NCBI GenBank assembly: GCA_965226495.1
Contig: OZ245365.1
Location: forward strand, 5,792,001-5,856,000
Origin: Candidatus Marinacidobacterales bacterium
GTDB taxonomy: Bacteria; Acidobacteriota; Vicinamibacteria; Marinacidobacterales; DATDRI01
DNA: 64,000 bases
Direction of reading: 5' to 3'
Below the pieces are notes generated by a model. That model made no database searches, was not told the origin of the DNA, and was given only the letters and a program-made list of their open reading frames with translations. A program made the position numbers and the translations under genes. Shown piece by piece: positions 1-9,543 of this stretch (positions within the stretch are counted from its first letter, which is position 1; each line of letters starts with the position of its first letter).

Positions 1-547
1 TCCCGCGGTGATCATAGAGGCGCTTTTCCTCGAGGCTGAGCTCGGCGAAGCACTTACGAATGGGCGGATAGTAGAAGATAGGGTCGTACCCAAAGCCACC
101 AGCGCCCCGGGGGGCTTCGGCGATGAGTCCTTCGACGCTCTCTACGGTCTTGAAGAGGATCGTCTCTCGATCCGCGATGGCGGCGGTGCTCACGAAGCGA
201 GCCCTACGCTGGGTCGCAGGGAGACCGGCGAGCGCTTCGATCAGTTTGGCATTCTTGATCTCGTAGGAGGTTTTCTCCCCCATCCAGCGCGCCGAATGGA
301 GACCCGGCTCACCCCCCAGTGCTTCGACCTCGAGCCCGGAGTCTTCCCCGAGCGCGGCCAAGCCCGTGGCTCGGTGGTAGTACATCGCCTTGGCGACCGC
401 GTTGTCTAGAAAGGTAGGACCTGGTTCGGCGGGTGAGGCGAGGTCGGGCCAGTCGTCCAAGCCAACGACTTCTACTCCACAAACGGCGAGTGCCGCTCCT
501 TGTTCTCGGATCTTTCCCGGGTTTTGAGTGGCGAGAAGAAGTTTCAA
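1..547 (-). CDS. rdgB: Non-canonical purine NTP pyrophosphatase (RdgB/HAM1 family), 3' end cut by window edge
   Basis: Not in the ORF track. Manual translation from TTG at 547: [15 protein letters not shown]...[21 protein letters not shown]...[11 protein letters not shown]...[10 protein letters not shown]. Overlaps the rph stop by 4 nt; rph-rdgB is a classic pair. Confidence 0.95.
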   Translation of the reverse strand, partial: MKLLLATQNPGKIREQGAALAVCGVEVVGLDDWPDLASPAEPGPTFLDNAVAKAMYYHRATGLAALGEDSGLEVEALGGEPGLHSARWMGEKTSYEIKNAKLIEALAGLPATQRRARFVSTAAIADRETILFKTVESVEGLIAEAPRGAGGFGYDPIFYYPPIRKCFAELSLEEKRLYDHRG

Positions 548-1293
548 CTCTCGGCGGTCGGGGGAAGGAAGCTCAATGGTCCAAGGACCTCGCTCTGGTG
601 CTGGACGATTCCATCGATCCCCTGTTGGGCAATCTTCAAAAGCTCCGAGAGCTGGTCCTGATCAAAAGGATCGGACTCGGCGGTGCCCTGCAGCTCGACG
701 AAACGACCGTTCCCGGTCTTGACGACGTTCATGTCGACTTCGGCGTTCGAGTCCTCCGGGTAATTGAGATCCAGTAGCAATTCTCCTTCGACCACGCCGA
801 CACTAGTAGCGGCAACGAAGTCACGGGCCGGGAAGACCTTGAGCGGGCCCTCTTCGACGGCCTTGTTGAGAACGAGGGCCAAAGCGACGAACGCGCCGGA
901 AATGGAAGCGGTGCGGGTTCCGCCGTCGGCTTGGATTACGTCGCAGTCGATCCAGATTGTTCTTTCCCCGAGACGCTTCAAGTCAACGACCGCTCGTAGT
1001 GAGCGCCCGATGAGACGCTGGATCTCCTGAGTGCGTCCGGAAACTCTTCCACGGCTCGATTCACGGGAGATGCGCTTGGCAGACGAACGGGGGATCATGC
1101 CGTACTCTGCCGTGATCCAACCCTTCCCCGATCCCTTGAGGAAAGGCGGTACTTTCTCTTCGAGAGTCGCCGAGCAGATGACTTTCGTTTCACCGACCTG
1201 AATGAGCGCCGATCCCTCGGCGTGGCGGAGGTAATGAGGGCTGATGGAAATAAGGCGCATCTCGTCTACGCGCCGGCCGTCTACTCGTTTCAT
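544..1293 (-). CDS. rph: Ribonuclease PH
   Basis: Motifs [61 protein letters not shown]. Likely start MKRVDGR at 1293. Confidence 0.97.
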   Translation of the reverse strand: MKRVDGRRVDEMRLISISPHYLRHAEGSALIQVGETKVICSATLEEKVPPFLKGSGKGWITAEYGMIPRSSAKRISRESSRGRVSGRTQEIQRLIGRSLRAVVDLKRLGERTIWIDCDVIQADGGTRTASISGAFVALALVLNKAVEEGPLKVFPARDFVAATSVGVVEGELLLDLNYPEDSNAEVDMNVVKTGNGRFVELQGTAESDPFDQDQLSELLKIAQQGIDGIVQHQSEVLGPLSFLPPTAES

Positions 1294-1309
1294 GTCTTTG
1301 TCTTTTACC

Positions 1310-1960
1310 TCAGGGACCAGATGGTTGCTCCTGTTCCAGCCGTCGCGGTCCTCGCCCGTAGGCAATCGTAAGATCGAGGTGGCCCGCCAAGGTGTGGACT
1401 TCGCGACCCTCCACCAAGAACTGGACGCTTTTCACGGCAGGAAAATTCACAATCAAAGTGTTGGAGAGACTGTACACGGTAAGTTCCTCGGCGACAGTGC
1501 CTCCCACGTGGTTCGCGATGAGCTCCTGCGACAAATCTACGAAGGCCAAACCTTGGGGTGTTATGAAGAGCTCCCGCAGTTCGACTCCTGTCGGAAGCGC
1601 GGATACAAGGCCCTGGTGTGAGCCCGCAAGAAGCTCACGGATGACTTGCTTTGCCTGATCTTGCACCGAGTCTGCTAAGGCGATTTCTCTGTCCTCGAGG
1701 GCGAGCGTCTTCCCTGAACGGGAAACAAGGTAGAGGGTGATTTGAATGCGTCGCTCGGTGGAGACATTCGGCTCTCCCCTACTCTCGGGGCTTCCAGGAC
1801 TGTCGGAGGAGAGAGGGATTTCCAGGCGCTCGTCGCTTAGCACCTCGGCGGCGTCGGGTTCGGTGGCGGGCTCGTCGAAGAGCCACAAAGTCAATGTGAC
1901 GATCGTCGCGATCAGAAAAACTGCGATCGATACCGCGGCGATGAGACCTTTCCTGGTCAC
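1310..1960 (-). CDS. GerMN domain protein with N-terminal membrane anchor
   Basis: N-terminal TM; LLAG...SALP...AFVDLS...[12 protein letters not shown]...VQFLVEG...TLAGHLDL; located next to an amidase. Confidence 0.88.
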   Translation of the reverse strand: MTRKGLIAAVSIAVFLIATIVTLTLWLFDEPATEPDAAEVLSDERLEIPLSSDSPGSPESRGEPNVSTERRIQITLYLVSRSGKTLALEDREIALADSVQDQAKQVIRELLAGSHQGLVSALPTGVELRELFITPQGLAFVDLSQELIANHVGGTVAEELTVYSLSNTLIVNFPAVKSVQFLVEGREVHTLAGHLDLTIAYGRGPRRLEQEQPSGP

Positions 1961-3643
1961 TTAAGGCCTCTGTCCGGAAGGCGAGCCGCCCACACTTAGC
2001 GTACGTTCGTAGCGCTCTTTGTATTTCACGACGCCGCGAAAGATGGCTTGCGCGAGTTGCTCCTGGTACTCGACAGAACCGAGTCGTCTTTCTTCTTCGG
2101 GGTTAGTAACGAACCCGATCTCGATCAGCGCCGATGGCATAGTGGCGCCCATGAGGACACGAAACGGTGCCTGCTTGATACCTCGGTTCTTGTCGTCATT
2201 GCGGTTAGCTTGCAACTCGTCTTGCAGCAACTCGGCCAAGGTCGCCGATTCGTTCAAGTGAGCGGCCTGCGCCATGTCCCAAAGGATGAACTCGAGATCG
2301 TCATCGCCTCGGGCGACCGTGCGCTCGGGGCCGGCATTCTCCGTGGCGGCGAGCCGGCGAGAATCTTCATCGCTCGCTTTATAAGCAAGGTAGTAGACTT
2401 CGCTACCGCGCGCCGTCTGTCGAGGTGACGCGTTGGCGTGGATGCTGAGAAATAAGTCAGATTTGTTGTTATTGGCGAGAGTGGTTCTGTCGTCCAGAGA
2501 AAGAAACAAATCAGAGTCTCTGGTCAACAAAACGCGAACCCCCAAGCGATCCTCTAACAATCGGTGTAACCGTCTCGCCACCGCCAGCGCTACATCTTTT
2601 TCCTGCAAGCCGTTTCGGCCGGTAGCGCCGGACTCCGAGCCGCCGTGGCCGGGATCGAGAGTTATCGTGGTCAAGACACCGGGCCGCCGGTCGGGCCGCG
2701 GAGTACGGTCAGGAACGGTCGGCCGCGGGGGCGGTCCTGAAGTACCGGTGTTGTTGGTTGGCAACTCCGGCCCTGGAGCCGGCGGAGAAATGATCTCAGG
2801 ATCGTTAGGAACCCGGCTCCGGAAAAGATCGAGCACAATCCGCGAAGGACTGTCCAGCTCGAACGCCTTGAGCGTCCCGAATCTCTCTCCGAGGTTCACG
2901 AGAAGCAAATAGCCATCCCCCTGTCGGGCAAGCGTCATGCTATCCACAACACCGTCCTGAAGCTCATCGCTCGAGAAGTCGGACTCCAGATAGCCGATCG
3001 GCATGGAGACACGGACTTGGTCTCCTGCTTGGGTTACCTGAAAGTCGACTTCAGAAGTAGCTTCGAGCACGATCCGCGTGTAGGCCGGGTAGGGGAAACT
3101 GCGAACACTGAGTTGTGGGAAGCCCTCCCCGAACACGAGCAGGCGGGAGTCCTCTTCGTAAGTGATCTTCTGTTGAGTAACTTCCGGGAGAACCTTCTCG
3201 AGGAAATCGAGCGGTACGAACCATCGTCCTGCCCGGGCCGTGATCGGCGCGGAGAGTAAGATGAGTTTCCCTTCAACCCGCACCAGTGAACGGCCAGAGG
3301 AAATCTTTGCCGAGCGGTTGCCTACGACGAAGGTCGCCGATGCGGCGTCGGGGTCGGTGTGGACCGAGCTCCCAACAAAACGGTTGAGGTCGTCGAGAGG
3401 GACCATCGCGATCCCGGCAAGCTCGCTAATAGGGATGGCCTGGCGACCACGGGGACCCACTACCGTTACCCGCTCCATTTGTCTCTGAGCCAACCCGTAA
3501 ACCTGGATGGGCGTGATGGACAGCACCAGGAGCGTGAGGATGGACAAAAAGAAAAGGCGGTTATTGCTGGCCTGAACGGACTTGCCTCCCCGCGGCGCGG
3601 TCGGGCCGCCCTTAGTAAAACGGGTGAAACGGAAGGGCATCAT
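1961..3643 (-). CDS. N-acetylmuramoyl-L-alanine amidase (Amidase_3) with AMIN-like N-terminal region
   Basis: TLDPGHGG..E.GA, LLTRDSD, LSIHANAS, PSALIEIGFVTN. Start uncertain; the ORF is open to 3799, which would overlap the divergent gene. Confidence 0.92.
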   Translation of the reverse strand: MMPFRFTRFTKGGPTAPRGGKSVQASNNRLFFLSILTLLVLSITPIQVYGLAQRQMERVTVVGPRGRQAIPISELAGIAMVPLDDLNRFVGSSVHTDPDAASATFVVGNRSAKISSGRSLVRVEGKLILLSAPITARAGRWFVPLDFLEKVLPEVTQQKITYEEDSRLLVFGEGFPQLSVRSFPYPAYTRIVLEATSEVDFQVTQAGDQVRVSMPIGYLESDFSSDELQDGVVDSMTLARQGDGYLLLVNLGERFGTLKAFELDSPSRIVLDLFRSRVPNDPEIISPPAPGPELPTNNTGTSGPPPRPTVPDRTPRPDRRPGVLTTITLDPGHGGSESGATGRNGLQEKDVALAVARRLHRLLEDRLGVRVLLTRDSDLFLSLDDRTTLANNNKSDLFLSIHANASPRQTARGSEVYYLAYKASDEDSRRLAATENAGPERTVARGDDDLEFILWDMAQAAHLNESATLAELLQDELQANRNDDKNRGIKQAPFRVLMGATMPSALIEIGFVTNPEEERRLGSVEYQEQLAQAIFRGVVKYKERYERTLSVGGSPSGQRP

Positions 3644-3728
3644 CGTGTAAGATCCTTTTTTACCAATAGATAGGCCTAAACGCAAGTCCGACCCGGAGCC
3701 CTCGGATAGGACGACCCTCGGTTTGATG

Positions 3729-3841
3729 GAGGCCCCACCGCGTGCTATCTTGTGTTCCAGAGGAGACTTAGGAAGAACTGGAGGCTTTGTACCTGCCATG
3801 AAAACACCCTTTTCCGACCGACTCGATATGGATCATCGACG
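3729..3841 (+). repeat. Copy 1 of a 113-bp duplicated promoter/5' segment
   Basis: Near-identical to 4564-4676; includes TGCTATCTT (extended -10-like) and ATGAAAACACCC. Confidence 0.9.
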
Positions 3842-4499
3842 CCCCTACGGGCTGGTATACGCGCTAGTGGTGGTGGGAATTCTCGCCACGAGTCTCTTCG
3901 TCCCGGCGGCGGCCGACGAGACGGACGAGCTCGACGAAAAGTACAAAACGTTCCTGAATAAGGATGCGATCTACATCATGCTACCCAAGGAGAGGGAGAA
4001 GTTCCTCGAGTTGAGGACCGACCGGGGACGAGACGTCTTCGTGGAGAATTTCTGGCAGGTTCGGGATCCGATTCCGGAGACCTTGGCCAACGAGTTTAGG
4101 GACGAGCACTACAAGAGGATGAAGGAAGCGGATCAGAAGTTTCGCGAGGCGCGTCCAGGATGGCGGACCGAGCGGGGTCAGATGTACATCTCGCTCGGGC
4201 CCCCTCACGACATTAACAGTTACCCGAACACCCAACGTCTCGTCCCTCTCGAGGTCTGGCAGTACCAAGGACTCCAAATTCGCGGAGTGCCTCCGGCTCC
4301 TCGCTTCATGTTTTTCAAGCGACACGGGGTCGGTGAGTACCGGCTCTACAGCCCCGTCTTCGATGGCATGAAGGGGCTGATCGGCGACAAGGCGATCGCG
4401 GCACAGATCGGCTTTGGCAACGACATACCGCCGCATTATAGCAAGTGGGAATGGGACCTTCTCTTGGATGAAGATCCAAGGAAACGCGACTTACTGTGA
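3798..4499 (+). CDS. GWxTD domain protein, short form (GWRTE variant)
   Basis: Signal peptide; FVENFWQVRDP..T..NEFRDEHYKR, PGWRTERGQMYISLGPP; lacks the C-terminal domains of the next gene. Confidence 0.85.
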   Translation: MKTPFSDRLDMDHRRPYGLVYALVVVGILATSLFVPAAADETDELDEKYKTFLNKDAIYIMLPKEREKFLELRTDRGRDVFVENFWQVRDPIPETLANEFRDEHYKRMKEADQKFREARPGWRTERGQMYISLGPPHDINSYPNTQRLVPLEVWQYQGLQIRGVPPAPRFMFFKRHGVGEYRLYSPVFDGMKGLIGDKAIAAQIGFGNDIPPHYSKWEWDLLLDEDPRKRDLL

Positions 4500-4563
4500 C
4501 GCTCTATGAGTTCAGCACAATCGACTTGACAACGGTCGGACTGCGAAATCGGCTGGTTTGTGA

Positions 4564-4676
4564 GAGGCCCGACCCCGTGCTATCTTGTGTTCCAGAGAAG
4601 ACTTAAGGAGAACTAGAGGCTTTGTACCTGCCATGAAAACACCCATTTCGGTCCGACTAGAATCCAATCAACGACG
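4564..4676 (+). repeat. Copy 2 of the 113-bp duplicated promoter/5' segment
   Basis: Near-identical to 3729-3841. Confidence 0.9.
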
Positions 4677-6741
4677 TTGGGTCATGATGATCGGCCTGAG
4701 CCTAGTCTGCCTCTTGGCGACCCAGGTTCTCGCCCAGGACAGCGGTGCGGCGAGCCTTTCGTCGAAGCACCGCCGGTGGCTCGAGGAAGAAGTCGTTTAC
4801 ATCATCACCGATCGAGAGCGGGAAATCTTTCTTATTCTCAACACCATCGAAGAAAGGGAACGGTTTATCGAGTCCTTCTGGAGAAGGCGCGATCCCGAAA
4901 GCGCCACCCCCGAGAACGAGTTCAAGGACGAACACTACCGTCGCTTGAAGCACGCGAACACCACCTTTAACAGGCACACTAAGCGTCCGGGGTGGAAGAC
5001 CGATCAGGGACGCATGTACATCATTCTCGGTAAGCCCAACGAGATACAACGCTACGAGGGTCAGAGGGATCTTGCAGCCAGTCAGCTGTGGTTTTACGGT
5101 GGCGATCTCACCAAGGGGCTACCCAACTTCTTTGTTCTATTGTTTTTCAAGCCAATCAACGTGGGCGAGTTCCGGCTGTACAGCCCCGGGATGGACGGTC
5201 CGGCATCCCTCCTCCAGGGAAAGGAATTCGATTTCAGCAACGCGGACGCGATGCAAAGGCTTATGGAGCTGTCACCGGACCTAGCCAGGGCGTCTCTCAC
5301 CATCGACATGGGGGACAACCCGGATCTCCGAACGGGAACTCCCACCCTCGGCGCCGATATGGTCATTGGAAACATCGAGGAGTCTCCCAAGCGCCGCATA
5401 CGCACCGACTATGCCGAGGGCTGGCTCCGCTACGGCGACAAGGTTTCCGCCGAGTATTCCTTCAACTTTTTTCCAAGCCGCAGCTTCTTCGCAGTTCTGG
5501 CGGGACCGGGCGGGGTTCCCTTCGTTCACTATTCCATCGAGGTGGATCCTCAGAATCTCACTCTCGCGACACAGGACAAGACGAAGTACTACACGACTCT
5601 CGATGTCACTTTGGAGGTGACGGACTCCGAGGGGAAGATCGTGGTCGGGACCGACAAAGCGGTATACGTCGAGCTTTCGCCTGGACAGATCCAGCAATTC
5701 GATACCTCCCCGTTTGCCTTCCAGAACAATTTTCCGCTGATTCCCGGCGACTACAAGATCAGTGTGTTCCTTAAGAATCGGGTCGGCGAGCAGTTCACGG
5801 TGGCAGAGCAAGATTTGAAGGTTGTCGCGCCTCCGCCTGACAAGCCGGTCTTGAGCAATATCGTCCTAGGATACAAGAGTGAGCGCACGCTGGATGGCGC
5901 GACGGCGGGAGAGCTCCGCACGTTCCAGATCGGAACACACCGCATCCACCCCGCAGCAGGGAACGTCATCACCTTGGGAGAGGAGGCACACGTATTCCTT
6001 CAAGCCTTGGGGGTCGGGTCCGACTATGGCCTTCGACTGGAGATTCTCGATGGCACGAAAGTGCTCCAGGAGTTCTCTGGCCGGGTGGGCGATTATCTCG
6101 GCGGGCCGGTAGAGCACAGTTTCGCGTTGACCGACATGGTCGGAGGCCGCTACGTGATTCGTGCTCGTCTCCTGGACCCCTCGGGGACCGTGGTTGAGGA
6201 AACAACGGCTCCGCTCATCGTTTCCCCACGTGCGAGCCTACCCCGCCCCTGGGTTCACCGGCGCAGCTTCAATGTCGGCGCGCCGGGCCTCTTGCCACTG
6301 ACCTTGGGTGAGCAGCTCCAGGCTATCGGACGCTACGAGGAAGCGGCGCGCGCGCTGGAGGCGGCGGTAGCCGCGAACAATCCCGAGCTGGTGTCGGCCC
6401 GCTGGAGGCTGGCGGGGCTCTACCTAGGATGGCGCGAGGCCGATCGGGCGCTCGAGCTTCTTCTGCCCTTGGCCGAAACCCACCCGAATCAGTACGAGGT
6501 GGTCGTCGGCCTTGGATTCGCCTATTTCATGAAGGGAGACGCCGCGAACGCACGGGACTATCTCGAGCGAGCGAGAACGCTACGCCCTCCCGGCACCTCT
6601 TTGCTGAACGCGTTGGGCGAGTGCTACGAGCGGCTCGGCGAGCCCGCCAAGGCCAGGCAAGTCTTTCAGAGCTCTCTCGAAATGGATCCAGAACAGACAT
6701 CCATCCAGGAGCGGGTGGCTTCCTTCCCGGAGGGTAGCTAG
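4633..6741 (+). CDS. GWxTD domain protein with C-terminal TPRs
   Basis: WLEEEVVYII, FIESFWRRRDP, NEFKDEHYRR, PGWKTDQGRMYIILG; C-terminal TPR helices. Confidence 0.92.
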   Translation: MKTPISVRLESNQRRWVMMIGLSLVCLLATQVLAQDSGAASLSSKHRRWLEEEVVYIITDREREIFLILNTIEERERFIESFWRRRDPESATPENEFKDEHYRRLKHANTTFNRHTKRPGWKTDQGRMYIILGKPNEIQRYEGQRDLAASQLWFYGGDLTKGLPNFFVLLFFKPINVGEFRLYSPGMDGPASLLQGKEFDFSNADAMQRLMELSPDLARASLTIDMGDNPDLRTGTPTLGADMVIGNIEESPKRRIRTDYAEGWLRYGDKVSAEYSFNFFPSRSFFAVLAGPGGVPFVHYSIEVDPQNLTLATQDKTKYYTTLDVTLEVTDSEGKIVVGTDKAVYVELSPGQIQQFDTSPFAFQNNFPLIPGDYKISVFLKNRVGEQFTVAEQDLKVVAPPPDKPVLSNIVLGYKSERTLDGATAGELRTFQIGTHRIHPAAGNVITLGEEAHVFLQALGVGSDYGLRLEILDGTKVLQEFSGRVGDYLGGPVEHSFALTDMVGGRYVIRARLLDPSGTVVEETTAPLIVSPRASLPRPWVHRRSFNVGAPGLLPLTLGEQLQAIGRYEEAARALEAAVAANNPELVSARWRLAGLYLGWREADRALELLLPLAETHPNQYEVVVGLGFAYFMKGDAANARDYLERARTLRPPGTSLLNALGECYERLGEPAKARQVFQSSLEMDPEQTSIQERVASFPEGS

Positions 6742-7703
6742 CCGGGGTCTTCGGGCGTCTGCTTCTTGAGGGTCTCCACGATTCCGCGAGCCGCCGCCGC
6801 TTGAGCGCCTTCCGGATCGAGCTCCAGATACTTCTCCAAGTGGGTGACGGCCTCTTCGTTCTTGGTCTCACTCACTGAGATCATACCCAGCTGGAAGTGG
6901 GCGAGCGCCCAGCCGGGATCGAGCTCCAACACTTTTTCGAAGGCCGCTCGCGCCGACGTCATGTCGCCCATGTTCATCATCACAGCGCCATAGTTGTACT
7001 GTGCCGGGACTTCGTCGGGCCGCCCCTCCGTTGCCTTCTTCAGGTATTCGGCGGCCTGCGACCAGTCCTGCTGATTGATGTAGTGGTCTCCCATTGCCTG
7101 ATTGGCTTCGAAGTACCCGGGCTTCAGCTCCAGGGCCGCCTGAAAGTGTTCTCGGGCCTTGTCCGCGTTCCCGAGCTTCTCGTTGACGAACCCAAGGTTG
7201 TAGTGGACTTCCGGAAAACCCGGCGCCAGCTCGACCACTTTCTCTAATCCGGCGAGCGCGGCTTGGTAGTCTTCGGCTCGGACGTCATCCATTGCTTTGT
7301 TGAAGTGTGCCTGCGCACCGGGATCCACCCAATCGTCCGGAAGCTTGGGGACGACGATCTCACCCAAGCGGTTGGACTCCCCCATGCTGACGTCCACCTC
7401 CTGTTGGGCCTCCTTGTAGCCTTCCTTCTTGAAGGTCAGCATGTACCTCCCGGAGTGTAGGTTGGCGAGCGTGAACTCTCCATTATCCTTCGTCTTCCCC
7501 TTTCGGGGCCGCCTACTCCCGCCTCTCTCTGTGGGCTCGGCGAGAATCTCCATGTCCGCGATGGTCTGACCATCGTCATCTACTACCGTGCCCCTCAGCG
7601 CCCCCGACGTTTGAGCGTCAGCCGTCGGGGTGCTGAAGAGGGCACAGAGAAGGACGGCCAGCGAGCAGGTCGTAAGCCACGCAAGCTTCGGGTGGTTATT
7701 CAT
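6738..7703 (-). CDS. Exported protein with carboxypeptidase-regulatory-like domain and TPRs
   Basis: Signal peptide, LRGTVVDDDGQ...GEF...GRY.LTFKKEGY, then several TPRs (HYNLG, AHFQLG, YLELDP). Confidence 0.88.
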   Translation of the reverse strand: MNNHPKLAWLTTCSLAVLLCALFSTPTADAQTSGALRGTVVDDDGQTIADMEILAEPTERGGSRRPRKGKTKDNGEFTLANLHSGRYMLTFKKEGYKEAQQEVDVSMGESNRLGEIVVPKLPDDWVDPGAQAHFNKAMDDVRAEDYQAALAGLEKVVELAPGFPEVHYNLGFVNEKLGNADKAREHFQAALELKPGYFEANQAMGDHYINQQDWSQAAEYLKKATEGRPDEVPAQYNYGAVMMNMGDMTSARAAFEKVLELDPGWALAHFQLGMISVSETKNEEAVTHLEKYLELDPEGAQAAAARGIVETLKKQTPEDPG

Positions 7704-8305
7704 TATTTCTTGGGCGCCACCTTGGTTAGTCGAATAGGCTCGGTCGTGTACTTTCCGAACTTGATTTGCCCTGTCTTCTCGTCCCATAGCACTTGCACTG
7801 CGATGTTCAGGGTTCCGCTGCCTTTTCCTTCCTTGTCGAGATCAAGAACGATGACCGATATCGGATAATTCGACACTGCGGCGCCGGACATCGCCTGCGA
7901 GCCGCTAATGGGACGATCGGTAGCCAAGACGATGGTCTTTCCTCCTTCTTTATTTGGAAACTCGCGCGCGTAGTGCAGCCGTGTGCTCGGGAACCCCGAC
8001 GATTGGGCGGCGGCACCATGGAATTGGACATTGCCTACATCCGTAGACGCTTGGAGCGCCTTGGTCAGCTCTTCCTGACCCCTCTTTTCGTTCGCATACT
8101 CCGTCACCACTCCCATGAGCTTATTGCGCTCCTCATCGGTGGTCCACCGATCGATAGTGATCTGCAGTGAGGTCGACGCGCCCGCGCCCATCGTGCCCAT
8201 GTTCACCGCACGTGCGTAGTACTTCTCTCCTGCCCCGGCCAACGTGGCGCTCACAGCAAAGGCCAACCCCACGATGACCGCCATCATAACCATACGTCGC
8301 AACAT
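7703..8305 (-). CDS. Exported hypothetical protein
   Basis: AAGGAGG RBS before MLRRMV, signal peptide, ITIDRWTTDEER and IVLATDRPI segments; TAATG coupling with the downstream gene. Confidence 0.8.
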   Translation of the reverse strand: MLRRMVMMAVIVGLAFAVSATLAGAGEKYYARAVNMGTMGAGASTSLQITIDRWTTDEERNKLMGVVTEYANEKRGQEELTKALQASTDVGNVQFHGAAAQSSGFPSTRLHYAREFPNKEGGKTIVLATDRPISGSQAMSGAAVSNYPISVIVLDLDKEGKGSGTLNIAVQVLWDEKTGQIKFGKYTTEPIRLTKVAPKK

Positions 8306-8372
8306 AGCTAGCTCCTCCTTGGGGCCAAACGGCCCGTAATTCCGCGGGGCGGATGCCCCATATCCATTGCGC

Positions 8373-8397
8373 AGAGAGAGAGAGAGAGAGAGAGAGA
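8373..8397. repeat. (AG)12 dinucleotide microsatellite
   Basis: 25-nt perfect AG run about 70 nt upstream of the start at 8305. Confidence 0.95.
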
Positions 8398-8535
8398 TAC
8401 CAGGAAATTCGAATGGATGCAACCGTGAAACCGCCGGATTTTGGTCCCCGGCCTGCGGATGGAATTCACCGTAAAAAACTACCATAAAAGGAGTTAGGGC
8501 TGTGAGCCCCCGGCTCGGAAAGCGCGGGTGATCCC

Positions 8536-9543
8536 TTACTTTGCCCTCAGGCGTTCGAGCTCCTCGGTGAGGGCCTGGATCCGCGGGTCGCCGGGGAGAA
8601 GCTCTTGAAGCACCGCCAAGTGAGGCAAAGCGGCGCGCACCCTACGCGCATCGAGGAGAAGGCGAACCAATTGGATTCGCGACTCGGTGTCGTCCTTGTC
8701 GAGACTCACTGCGGCTTGAAGGACGCGCAACTCCTCTTCGCGGGCGTTTTGCTTCATGAAGCGGGCCAGGGCGGCGCGACCGGCTTCCGTGTCACCGCTG
8801 CGAAGGAGAGCTTGAGCAAGCAAGTACAAGACGTCGTTTCGATCGGGTGCCGCCTTGAGGACTTCACGCAAGACCGGCACCGCTTCCGATGCTCGACCGG
8901 CCTCGAAGAGGACCCGACCGAGCAACATCTTCGCCTCCAAGGCTTGGGGCCCGGTGTTTACGATCGGTCGCAACAAAGCCTCTGCCTTTTCGAAATCGCC
9001 GTCGGCCAGCGCGACCTCGGCAAGAGCGGATTGGGCCAGCGGCTCGCCGGGTGAGAGAGCCCGCGCTCGCTCGATGTCGGCCCGCGCCTCCGCGGCCCGG
9101 CCCAGCTTGAGCAATGAAAGCCCGCGGTAGGTAAACGGGTAGGGGTTCTGCGGCGCCAGATGTTGGGCACGCTTCAAGGCCTCGGCCGCTTCGAAGTAGC
9201 GTGCTTGTTGGTAGAGCACCAAGCCCAAGAAGAAAGCGGCCTGGCCGTTTTGAGGATCCGCTTCGAGCGCTTTCTCGAAGTGGCCCTTGGCAGGTCGTAG
9301 CAGGCCGGCCATGAGACAGCTTTGCCCTAAGAGAAACTGCACGTCGCGGTACCCTGGGTTTACGGCTGCGACCGAGCTCAGAAGCTCCAGTGCCTCATAG
9401 TGCTGGCCGCGCTGAAGGGCCTCCACACCCGCGCCGTAGAGCGCTTCGATGTTTCTCGGCTGGCCGCTCGCGACCGTCGCTTGGAGAAGGAAGAGCGCCA
9501 AGCCGAACGAGCCTGGTAAGCCTCGTAATATTGTCCGGCTCAC
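8536..9543 (-). CDS. Tetratricopeptide repeat protein
   Basis: Signal-like N-terminus and tandem TPRs; GTG start overlaps the upstream stop (GTGA). Confidence 0.85.
   Translation of the reverse strand: MSRTILRGLPGSFGLALFLLQATVASGQPRNIEALYGAGVEALQRGQHYEALELLSSVAAVNPGYRDVQFLLGQSCLMAGLLRPAKGHFEKALEADPQNGQAAFFLGLVLYQQARYFEAAEALKRAQHLAPQNPYPFTYRGLSLLKLGRAAEARADIERARALSPGEPLAQSALAEVALADGDFEKAEALLRPIVNTGPQALEAKMLLGRVLFEAGRASEAVPVLREVLKAAPDRNDVLYLLAQALLRSGDTEAGRAALARFMKQNAREEELRVLQAAVSLDKDDTESRIQLVRLLLDARRVRAALPHLAVLQELLPGDPRIQALTEELERLRAK

Noticed and set aside
8-409. Plus-strand ORF here and the many other overlapping ORFs in the track
   Set aside because: Shadow frames of well-supported genes in GC-rich DNA; this one is antisense to rdgB.
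4497-4499. TGA of the short GWxTD gene as selenocysteine
   Set aside because: No Cys-type motif or SECIS, and another in-frame stop follows within ten codons.
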